A stretch of DNA of 64,000 nt, taken from Perna viridis. Taxonomy: Eukaryota. Shown piece after piece: positions 53,701 to 64,000 of the stretch. Position 1 is the first letter of the stretch, and the number at the start of each line of letters is the position of its first letter. The DNA lies in the NCBI GenBank assembly GCA_037379345.1, contig CM074513.1:7254001-7318000 (forward strand), read 5' to 3'. The notes under the pieces were generated by a model that worked only from the letters and a program-made list of their open reading frames with translations, did not search any database and was not told the origin of the DNA. A program made the position numbers and the translations under genes.

Positions 53701-55157
53701 GGGAGGAGGGGTCGCAAAGACCGACTGGAACCCTTTCCTGGATCCGCCACTGATATTGGGTTTTAATATACATAGTACAATGCAGTATGCTATAAATTAT
53801 ACGTTTGAATCATTGTCATACTGCAATACATGTACATTCACCGCATCGATGTGTTATTTTGTGAATCATTTCTAGGTTTTAATTACTGGCCACATTCCTC
53901 CGGGTGTGAATCCAGTCAATGGAGAACCTTGGATGCAAGAACAATATAATGCACGACTTAACAGAATTGTGAAGGCAAACAGTGATGTCATCACAGGGAT
54001 GCTTTTTGGACATGAACATTCTGATAATTTACGGGTCTACCATAATGAAAAAGGCATGTACTTCATATATTCCTAAGTTTTGAAGAATAGCAGCATTGTT
54101 ACTAAAATCTAAATATAATTAAAATAGCCCTGCAAATTGTTCAATATGACAATTGAATTGTAGAATAAAATCTAACACCACTTCATTCTTCTTTCTATTC
54201 TGGGGATCTTTCCAGCAGATAAAAATGCATGTAGTGTTGTTAGACCCAAGATGACGTGATCGAATAGGGTGATAGCAGATTTAATTTCACTTAAATTGTT
54301 TTGAATAAATTATTTTTATATCAGAAATTTTGTTGAATTAAATTTAATAAGCAAATGACGAAGCTACAAAGCATGCATAATATTCCGTGTCAAAGGATAG
54401 ACGGCGCTGTCTTATATATAGTATTGGATTTTTTTTATTTGTATATGACTCCTTTTGTGATTGACTAGTTTGGACATTACTCTCGCCCTTTTGCTTCACT
54501 ATATAATTACTCGCATTTTATGCTTTTATGGAATAAAACATTTTATAGATTTACAAACTGGACTTATCAATATTATTATCATTTGTAGGTAAAGGCATAG
54601 TATCCCAATTTGTGGCGCCCTCAGTTACACCAAGAAGAAACCGTGTCAGTAACTTGACAAGTTCAGCGCACAATCCAGGCATGAGGCTTTACAAGTATGA
54701 CAGACTGACTGGAGTTATTTTAGACTACACACAGTATTATATCGATCTACCACAGGCAAACACAGAAAATGTTGCGACATGGGAAATAGAATATAACGCG
54801 ACATCAGCCTACGGAATACCCAATCTCTTACCTTCTTCTATGTCAAAACTTGTGGACGTGATGAGAAATAAATCAAGTTTAGAATTCAGACAGTTTTTCA
54901 AATTCTGGACCGTCAATGTATCTGAGACCGATATGGATGTTTGTGATGAGCGGTGTCATGCTAAATTTTATTGTAATTATAAATTTCAAAACTATGATGA
55001 GAATTTGGACTGCTATGACAGATATTTTTCACCACTACCGGTAAATTCCCAAGGAACATCTGTATTAGATTCCTACTGTGTGTTAATACTTTCAGCAACA
55101 GTGTGGACGTATTTTGGCTTTAATCTAGGATTTTCATTTTCTGTGATGCAGTTATGA
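44759..55157 (+). CDS. SMPDL3: Acid sphingomyelinase-like phosphodiesterase 3 (SMPDL3B-like, probably GPI- or TM-anchored); 6 exons, 471 aa
   Basis: Exons 44759-44825 (signal peptide MMFIAIVKLFVLVFISGVSS), 46075-46285 (GYFWHITDIHWD, FGDYNCDSPW, PDFVIWTG), 46799-47025, 52953-53116 (GGYY, LNTNLY, DPSGQFKWLE), 53876-54053 (TGHIPPG, FGHEHSD), 54589-55157 (APSVTP, HNPGMRLYKYD, LDYTQYYIDL, WEIEYN, hydrophobic tail). Total 1416 nt, open throughout. Intron 5 needs a GC donor. Confidence 0.92.
47061..48562 (+). mobile_element. Non-autonomous Helentron (HINE, pearl/CvA-like) with about 4 internal repeats of about 335 bp
   Basis: 5' TTTTAGCTCACCTGG subterminal IR, GTCC/GTC microsatellite, tandem cores (ATCTTCTCCTCT..AAAACATGGC..AAAATAGACCATAGGGGTC), 3' CCAGGTGAGCGATTCAGGC..GAGCCTCTAGTT hairpin end. 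Confidence 0.85.
49061..52851 (-). mobile_element. PAT-like (DIRS order) tyrosine-recombinase retrotransposon, degenerate, in SMPDL3 intron 3
   Basis: Gag 52686-52020 with a degraded knuckle (CFNRGKKGHWTDEC). RT 3' part (VIMFLDDG after a 1-nt shift; 5' RT deleted). RNase H (FCDASDVGFGG, HWLPRSENQYANELSR). Methyltransferase-like domain (DRFA, PGTEAVDAF, NWLVPP, GTLIVPVW). YR about 50644-49664 (SGFLRFDDI, SKT..YRQG, RSGGVTAAA, RHGR). Direct repeats: A 52688-52851 and 49396-49556; B 49556-49596 and 49061-49101. Confidence 0.9.
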
Positions 55158-56549
55158 AATTAAAAATGCTACATTTTTTTACGGTTATTATGATGAATTC
55201 GGAGTTCAGAGACGTGAATTGTACATTTAGTCTTTGCTAGGTCCAAGGTTTCTTGAAGCCTGATCTCAGAAGAACAACTTACTTCCATATGATTGAGAAT
55301 ATATGCTGATACAGATATTGAAGTTCTGAAATATGTATATTGTTATAACCAAAGAAACATACGGTAGATACTGACGCATGCTACTGTCCGTCTGCTCATG
55401 CACACGTCGTAATTTTGATACTACCATGGAATGTTTGTCATGGTGGAGTGAAGACCCCCATGATAAAAGGTGTATCGTAATCCTCTTGGGCTAGTTGTAC
55501 TCATTTGTGATCATGTTATAGTTTATCCTCGTATTTTGCATAGTATAATACAAATATTTTGTAAATATATAAAAAATACCCGAATACAAATGAGTTTTAT
55601 ACACATGTAGCATGTTTCAATGCCTGTCAAAAGAAATATACATATTCCCTTTAATAGAAAGACAAGTCCGTTGTGACGTGGACAATCGATCAATGAACCG
55701 AGGGTGTATATGTTGGAGCAAAATGTAGTTCAAGAATATTGTTCTGCCATTGTGCCTGCTTGAGAATTAAGATTTATACCTTTTGAAATGTGAAATAAAT
55801 TGAGAACTCCCCTAAATGTTGATTCATGAGACAGCCTCTAAGCAATCTGACTTACATTCACAGAGAGTAGTGCAATCAAATGTGTAATTTTAATTAGATT
55901 GTATTCCGACCACATATCAAGGAAGTTTTAGCAAGAAATATTAATGTTGTTTTTTTTTTTTCAAATCACACACCAAAACAGTATCTGGTTTACATATATC
56001 GGGGTGATGCGGCCAGGTAACGGGCATTGGAAATGAAAGAATACATTCAAGGATGAAACTTCATTACACGATCTTGAAAATGGCCAGTCCAGATCGGTTC
56101 GGATCCGCATTATATCATGGAGAATATGTGGCTTAAGGCAGCAACCCCTCTTTTGTAGCAAAATGGCTGATATTTGTTGTTGATTGTGATTTTTTATATC
56201 AATAAATCATTTTAGCAGCAAACGGAGCTAATTCTAATTGAATTATTATTCAAAACATAAGTTAAGAATGGGGGGGGGGAGTAAATATGACCGAGTAAAG
56301 TTTTTTCCATCTAAAACTTGGAATCATATGTTTTTTTCTTCAAATATATCAAATTTTCCGAAATGTTTTGTACTTTACGTCAAGTGTGAACTGTAGAAAG
56401 CAGTGTCCTGGGTTCTGTTTGACAAAACAAGCAGTTAAGGCCAATGTATGACTATGTACTAGTAAGCTAAAATGTATTTATTTTAAATGATACATTGGTT
56501 ATATTAGATACGACGGCCATCTTGAAATTATAATCACTTTTGGTACATA

Positions 56550-56965
56550 TAAAAATAGGAGGTGGTATGATTGCCAATTAAACACTCATCCACCAAAAGC
56601 CAAGCAACGAACAATTAAACTTCTACAGGCCGAAACACAGTCATCAATGATGGGCAAAACCCATACCGTAAAGCCCAAAAAATAAATGAAATGGAAGTAT
56701 TCATAAAAGACGAAAATCGACTTAATCTATAGAAAAAAAAAACGAAAAACAAATACCAATGAACATAAAAAACGACAATCACTTGACTACAGGCTCCTGG
56801 CTTGGGACAGGCATATAAAATATGTGAGCTGGCCATGGTTAAGCATGTTTTTGTGGGAGCGCTCGACCCTCCCCTAACCTGGGCAGGACTTTGTATTACA
56901 CTAAGATACACTCCCTAACCTGGGACTGTGGTGGGGAAAATACAACAATACAACGAACTTTAAAA
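56550..56965 (-). mobile_element. Nin-domain SINE-like repeat (mytilid type)
   Basis: Blocks GGTATGATTGCCAAT, CCCATACCG, ACAGGCTCCTGGCTTGGGACAGGCA and CCCTCCCCTAACCTGGG match my recollection of the abundant mussel Nin-SINE; not verified by search. Confidence 0.65.
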
Positions 56966-57084
56966 ATCTGTTGAATTCGGATGTCTGTACTTACATATAT
57001 TTGCTTTACAATTACATGTAATTCTGAACAATATGAAATACGGATTTTTATTTTGATCCGTCTAAGGTCCTTCAATTAGACGCA

Positions 57085-57096
57085 CCGGAAGATGGC
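57085..57096 (+). promoter_or_regulatory. Overlapping ETS/GABP (CCGGAAG) and YY1-like (AAGATGGC) motifs at the ACOT9 start codon
   Basis: CCGGAAGATGGC, an arrangement typical of housekeeping gene starts; function is inferred. Confidence 0.5.
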
Positions 57097-60000
57097 TTCT
57101 GTTTCGAAAACTTTCACGAAAATGTAGGTTTTGGTAAATTTTGATTTATCTCATTTTGATGTCGTCATACATGTAACATGACGTTTGTACAGACAGTTTT
57201 CAATCTGATATTAAGGCGATGTTGCAATAGAAGCCAAGGGAACAAAAACTTTAACTTGTTTAATCAATTACTACACATTAGTATGATAGGAACATGTACA
57301 TGTACTATATTATAGAAGAACTATTATGACATTTTTTCTATGTGCAAAGTCATCTATTTTTATTTTGTTCACTATTCCATGTCACCATTAATTTCTATAT
57401 TAAAACCGTTAATAACCTGGGGTGGTTTAAACCGCACGACCTTGTCTACGTATATGTGCACAATTTAGCATTATGAATAAGGCTTACAGCAAATTTTACA
57501 TGTAAGGATATACTAGGCTTTAATTGATAATAAGTTTGTTTGCCATTCAAAGACCAACCTGATTTGAAGGGCCCGATCGAAATTATTCTATTGCCAAATT
57601 TCCAGTCTTATTTTTCACTCACCTGGCCATAGCCAGGCCATGTGAGCTATTGCCATCACTTGGCATCCGTCGTCGTCGTTAACAATTATACAAAACTCTT
57701 CTCCTCTGAAACTATTTGACTAATTAGAACCAAACTTGGTATGAATGTTCCTTGGGGTATCCTGCATAGAACTGAGTCTGGATTTTTGATTTGTCAAAAA
57801 AACATGGCTGCCGTTATTAAAAATAGAACATAAGGGTCAGACAGTAGTTTTTCACATAGATCTCCTAAACCGTTAGGTTTAGCTGAATTTTGACATGGAA
57901 TAAAAATGTTTAGCATGATGAGATCTATCTCTGGTCAAATTTTGGTTTTTATCAGTTAAGCCATGTTTGAGTTATTGCCCTTTTTCAAGGATTTTATTGT
58001 TATTTCTTTCAAAAATCTTCTCCTCTGACACTACTTGACCAATTCAAACCAAACTTGGTATGAATGTTCCTTGGGGTATCCTGCATAGAACTGATGTGGG
58101 GATTTTTGATTTGTCAAAAAACATGGCCGCCATTACTAAAAACAGAACATAGGAGTCAGACAGTAGTTTTTCACACATATCTCCAACCGTTAGGTTTATC
58201 CAAATTCTTTCAATAGTTAAAACAATCCATATTATTAGGACTACAAAAATCTTCAGACTCCTTGTAAGAGTTATTGTCCCAGAAAGGGGAAAAATGACTT
58301 TTTTTTAATATATTTTTCAGTCATTATCTTGAAAACTATGATGGATTAAAAGAAACTTTCAATTGTTGAAGATATGAAGCATTACCTTTATAAATTAACC
58401 TATCAATGATATTACTGATAAACTTTTTGTGAAACATAAACAACAAAGAAATAAGGATGGTTTAATGACAAGTCATCAAAGCTTGGAAGACTAACACATA
58501 ACATTATGTACCTCACATATGTCACATCCCTTATATATTTTATTCTGCATTTCATCCTCTCTTAAAATTTCAATAAAATAAAATTATTTCCCTACCTATT
58601 GACCCAAGCTTCAAACCATTGGGTAGGGGAACAGCAAACAAACATATATACATGTTTGGCCCTATTTACATTAACTCTCTTAAAAATATCAGCATACATT
58701 ACATACAAATACTTTAACTTACATGTACATATATCTACATGTAAACTATACATGTCATAAATTTTAACATGTATCTATATGTACATGTACACTACCATCA
58801 ACCTAAAATTTAATTTATCCTCTTTTCAGAGACTATATTCCTCTATTGTGACTCCTCTGTAGCTCCACTAAATTAAGAACTGAGATAAAATTGCTTAATT
58901 CTAATACTTGTCTGTATTTTGCTGTATATAGCTGAAAGGCTATCAAACTTTCAAAATCATTGAATATATTTTATCATGTAAGTAGAGGAATTAAACAACA
59001 AGCATGTGTTGGTAGTAGCCACTGTGATTCTTTTCACATCATCGCCATCAGGGAGAGTGGAGAAATTAAAATTTATGTTAACATTAGTGCCTATTACTTT
59101 TAGGTAGGAAAGTTAACAGAGTGTTCGGATTTTTCCTTCTTAAAAAAATATAATTTAGGCCTAAATCAAGGGTCTGCACTCCATTTTGAAGAATATTTTG
59201 AATTTTGTCGTTTATATTGAAAAATAATTCAGAATTCCAAGCTTCATTCAGATGTATTTACAATGCAGTTAATTTGAAATCAGTTTTATGATAGGATCAG
59301 TATTTACAATGTAATATTATTTAGATTCAAATGCTTTTAAAATAAGCTTGATGTTGTCATATTTTCTTATGGATAGTACATGTACAGTACATCTACATGT
59401 ACATGTAATTGATCAGAAATAATTTACCATGTCTGTTAAATAAATGTGTTTGTAGACCTTGGTTTAGAATGATGGCCCCAGACTCTAACCATCATTCAAA
59501 AACAATTATAATCTATTGTGATGGCTTTGTTTCTACATACATGTACATTTATAGAATACTGCATTTCTCTATATATTTGAACTTTTTAATATTTTCTGCT
59601 TTTGGGCATCATCATATTATAATTTTATGAGTTTCAATCCAGTGACATGACTGATAGTTGCATACATTTTACTATTTTTGGTGACTTTACAAACAATTTT
59701 GTTTACTTTCAGCACTTCCTGTGTTGGGAAATGTATTTGTAGTAGATCAATCCTTAGATATACCAGGAGGTCTAGGTTCCAGATACTTGCCAGACCTTGT
59801 AGCACTTCAGCACCTATAAAAACAATTCAAACAGGTTGTAAACAAAGAGTTGATTAGATAAGTACATGTACATATTTGTATGGTTTCTTGTTGTCAACAA
59901 GTAATGAAGTCTGTCCGTCATAGGTAACATATCAGAGTAATAAATTCATCAGAGATCAGCCTGTGTTGACATTTTTGGGATACATGTACCTGTACTTGCA

Positions 60001-63000
60001 GTATAGTTAATACCATTAGTACTTGATCATGTACATGTAGCACCACCATTTTAATTTAATGATTTTTTTAAGTTAATTGGACTTTAGTGCTTCAAATTTA
60101 TTTAGTTAGTGGTGAGGGGTATGGTTATCAAAGTATGTGTAGCAATCTTTGTAATTGGTTCCAAGTCATCTGAGAATATAAAGAATTCAAAACAACAGCT
60201 AATTTTTTTTTCTATTTTACTTATCAAATATTGTTTAAATATAGATTCTTCTTCAGTAATGAGTAGCATAAATTTGCTTTCTACATTCTGTGGTAAAATT
60301 AAGATTTTCAACGTGGCAGCTGTAGGGAGCATGTGAAAATCTGAATTTTACCATAGAGAGTAGAGAAATGATTCTAATCTACAGTAATCTGAAGGAAAAT
60401 CAGTTTCTCCCATAAAAATTTGTAGAAAAAATTGGAAATTTTTTAATCGTAGGAAACTTTCACAGAAATTTAATCTAATTTAATTAAATTTAATTTAAAC
60501 AAAGAACAAAAATATAAAAATTAGATTAGAATTCTCAAATCAGCTCAAACCACAAATTATAAGATTTGCCCTTTAGATGTACATGTACAATATAAACATG
60601 TACAAGCAAAAATTCATGTGCATTAGTCAACTTGGGCATATGTACTTATCACAGACTGTGGAGAAGTTTAATAGCAGTTCTGATTTGTAGCTTTTGGGAC
60701 TATTATAACACACATGTACAGTAGCATGTTAATTTTAATGACTGTTGATTAATTTTGTATTAATTTCTTTTGCAGCAAGAAGTGAGTTAAAAGAATTAGT
60801 TGGTGCACAGATCACTTGGGGGTAAAGTTTTTTTTTTTGTGTGCTAGAAAAATGTACATGTACTTTTCCTTTCATTACTGTTTAATGAAGAGTCAACTAA
60901 GAAATGTTTTTAAATGCAATGTGCTGTACTTAGCTATTTTTATTTGATATATGATTAAGAAAGATGATATTTAAAATGAAAGGGAATTTTCATATTCTGT
61001 CATAAAATATATATGTACATGGTATGAGTCATGTAGCCAATGTTAAATTCTGTTTCTGGCAGGCTCTTACAACATTCTGTCTGTATTACTGAGCTGTATT
61101 TGTAAGATGTTTGGGCCTTTTTTGTTGCCTTTGCAATGCAGAATTTCAAAGTAGCACTGGTCCATGATCCTGGACCCTCAATGTCTGATACAGGACCATT
61201 GAAATTTCATTTTCCAATATTTTGGATCTATCATGTTGTGCAATTACTTTTATTGACTGAGGACTTTCACTTTCTTTTTGTGGACCTTTCATTTGGGATG
61301 CAAAAAAGACCAGAAATTCTCACTCTCAAAGATAAATTTGAACTGCTGCAGTATTAATTTTTTTTGAGAGATAACAAAAGTTGAAGAACTGAATTTTTGT
61401 TTCATAATAAAAAAGACCTATTCATCTGCATCAACTTACAAAAACCACTTGACTGTAATGTTTGTGATTTTAGGAAACAGGTTCAGGATGGAGGAGGCCA
61501 GTCAACCATTATTACAAACCAATCAGAACTACCCATCAGGACAATGTCAGATAGCTACAAGGAATGTATGATACCTGTAGGGAGTGATGAAGTCCTTCGG
61601 GAGAAATATATAAACTTCATTGGAGGCATGAGGTTTGGTAGGATTTTAGAAGACTTAGATACTTTTGCAGGTTTGTACATAAAAATGTATTGTAGGACAT
61701 TTATCTCTTCTTATGGTGTACTACCACTCATGGAGTAGGTGGTATACTGGAATAATCTTGTCCATCTGTCTGTTGGTATTTTACGTACATTTCCATTTAA
61801 AAATCAAACAAGTATACAAAGGTGGTTGGCACATTATGATTTTCTAAACTGGTATTTAATTTGCTTGTTTACTGTGAAAGTACTTTAATTCATGGATAAA
61901 AATTTTCATGGATTAGCGAAGAAACACAAGTTCCATATTCTTGAATTCATGGTTTTGAGGTTTTCATTACACATATCAATGAAAATCTCCTTTTCGTTTT
62001 GAACCAAATTTCATGGTTTGGCCAACCCACGAAAAGCACGAAAATTGGCACCCCCACGAACAATAGTACTGTCACAGTAGTACCTTTCTACTCTCTCCAA
62101 AGGAAAACAGCTGATATTTAAAAATTTCAAATTTCTGAAAAGAATTGTTAAATGTAAATATAAAAAAAACACACACACACACAAAAATAAGGAATCAATT
62201 CCTACCATGTGCCACACAGTTTTCAGTATACAATTGAATGTTTTTTTCTGAATTGTTAACAAAGGGAAATGGAAGTATTTCCAGTTTACATAATAATACA
62301 CATTGTCATTTTATACTGTGTACTGGAAACTTTAAATGTAGTATTTTTTGCTATGTGTTGAATGTTTTTTTTGTGTTGTGAATTTTGTGGTAAAAAAAAA
62401 TATTACTTGAAAAGGTCCTGCAAGCATCTTTTTTCACAAAAGGAATTTTTAATTTGTTTTCAAAACTACATACATGTAAATGAATAAAACAAGTATGCTT
62501 AAAAGAGCTTCACTCAAGGCAATGTTAGCTATCTCAGAAATAAGTGTCACTTTGAGCCTTTAGTTATACTGAAGCATATAGTTTCAATTTATTTTTCAGT
62601 TCTGATATCTTACACACACAGTACCCAAGGATCAGATAAAAAATCTCCGATCTCCATAGTAACAGCTTTAGTTGATAGAATAGGTATGTACATGTACATG
62701 TATTTGTAGTCCTAATGTAAGACGAAAAAGATCAAAATTATCAAAATTTTTTTCAAGAGTGAAAGGACCCAGACTTTTTGGCTTCCTAATTGAAAGGTCC
62801 CCTATAAGAAAAATAGTACCTTGGTAAATCATAAAATGATATTACAAAGGTTGAAGGTCCTATACCTTGGACCAGTGCTAATTTGAACTTTTGCAGACAT
62901 TATCTCCTACTCTATAATGCTGTTTACAATTTACATATATTGGTGACTTACTCAAATTTTGCCAACTTAAACCTTCAGATTCTCTTATTGAAACTTAGAG

Positions 63001-63459
63001 TCTCCAATTTATACAATTAACTTAAAGAATTCTGTTATACTTACAACAATCCCCTCCCCACCAAAAAAAAAAAAACAAAAACAAAAACAAGTGGATATAT
63101 ATATGTTTAGATTTGCTTATTATCTCCTATTGAAAAGTGGAGGAGAGACATGTTAATGATATCTATCTGTTTGTCTGTCTGTCATAAACTCTCCTTTGAA
63201 ACTTCTATGTCATTGTTAAAGAAATGAGAATACTGAAAATTAAAAATATTTTCTTACAACAATGAAACATATATAGATTTTTTAAAGATCTCATTTCTTT
63301 AAATTTAGATATTAAATACTATCCGTTAAGATTTTTTTTATTTGTTTAGAGTTAGGAGAACAGAGAATATCACCTTTGCGGGATATAAAGATGAAAGGTC
63401 AAGTTACCTGGGCTGGTAAAACCTCCATGGAAATAACTATGACATTAGAACAACCACAG
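57092..63459 (+). CDS. ACOT9: Acyl-CoA thioesterase 9, mitochondrial (hotdog fold); 5' part only, continues beyond the window
   Basis: Exons 57092-57123, 59713-59834 (Arg/Ser-rich, acid-free presequence), 60776-60821 (RSELKELVGAQITW), 61474-61670 (LPIRTMSDSY, LREKYIN, RFGRILEDLDTFA), 62600-62683 (ISYTH, SPISIVTALVDRI), 63350-63459 (DIKMKGQVTWAGKTSMEI). All GT-AG with matching phases. The first two exons are less certain than the rest. Confidence 0.9.
57611..58370 (+). mobile_element. Non-autonomous Helentron, same family, 3'-truncated, in ACOT9 intron 1
   Basis: CTCACCTGGCC..GGCCATGTGAGC start, (GTC)n and two cores of about 320 bp very similar to the 12732 copy; 3' hairpin end not found. Confidence 0.8.
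61872..62077. mobile_element. TA-flanked MITE
   Basis: TA-CTGTGAAAGTACT ... AGTACTGTCACAG-TA; internal CCCACGAA / TTCATGG repeats. Confidence 0.75.
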
Positions 63460-63805
63460 GTGAGCTATATCTGTGATCTGTATAACTTTTACTATGGTTA
63501 TTACTATGACGCTGCAGTAGCAAAGTACAGAACCTATGATCAGCCATAGTACAATAATCATTATATCTTCCCTCTCTTTGGAGGAATATATGATTCACTG
63601 AACTATGTTGGAACTGTAATACCTTTTTGGACTTTGGAAATATCGGGGAAGGGGGGGCATATGTTTTGAGGGCAAAAACAAACTTTAATTCACAGATTGG
63701 AATATGATCTTACAATCTTAATATAATATTTATTGTATAGTTCCATTAGCATCACGACATAACACTTCTATGGATATGCCCCCACAATCACCAACAAATA
63801 TAGAA

Positions 63806-64000
63806 TAACAGTGACAATGTGTGATATCTCAGTGATAAAACAATGACAGTGTGTGATATCTTGGTGATAAACAGTGACAATGTGTGATATCTTGGTGATA
63901 AACAGTGACAATGTGTGATGTCGGTGATAAACAGTGACAATGTGTGATATCTCAGTGATAAACAGTGACAATTTGTGATGTCTCGGTGATATCAGTTTAT
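63806..64000. repeat. Minisatellite, unit of about 30-31 bp, about 6 copies, reaching the window end
   Basis: Unit AACAGTGACAATGTGTGATATCTCAGTGATA. Confidence 0.9.

Noticed and set aside
63806-64000. CRISPR-like array of about 30-bp units
   Set aside because: Head-to-tail repeats with no unique spacers in a eukaryotic intron; it is a minisatellite.

Overview
AT-rich, intron-containing animal DNA. The repeat content (Nin-type SINE, pearl/CvA-like non-autonomous Helentrons, Penelope fragments) points to a bivalve, probably a mytilid (inference). I assembled four spliced genes by hand with consistent exon phases: (1) a complete 11-exon CYP4-clan P450 (minus, 11235-28178, 508 aa); (2) a 4-exon gustatory-receptor-like (7tm_7/GRL) gene (minus, 34282-38096) that is intact except for one in-frame TGA-C stop at codon 112, a readthrough or recent-null candidate; (3) a 6-exon SMPDL3-like phosphodiesterase (plus, 44759-55157, 471 aa) with a rewired active site (GNHD to GHRD, GDxxPH to GDTVPD) and a GC-AG intron; (4) the first six exons of mitochondrial ACOT9 (plus, from 57092, running off the window). 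There is also a multiply disrupted pseudogene of an uncharacterised multipass membrane protein (3825-6253). Mobile DNA includes a PAT-like tyrosine-recombinase retrotransposon with split direct repeats, a truncated MULE transposase, three copies of one non-autonomous Helentron family, Penelope RT remnants, a foldback element and many MITEs. No tRNA, rRNA or CRISPR array was seen. Family assignments come from motif recall, not database searches.
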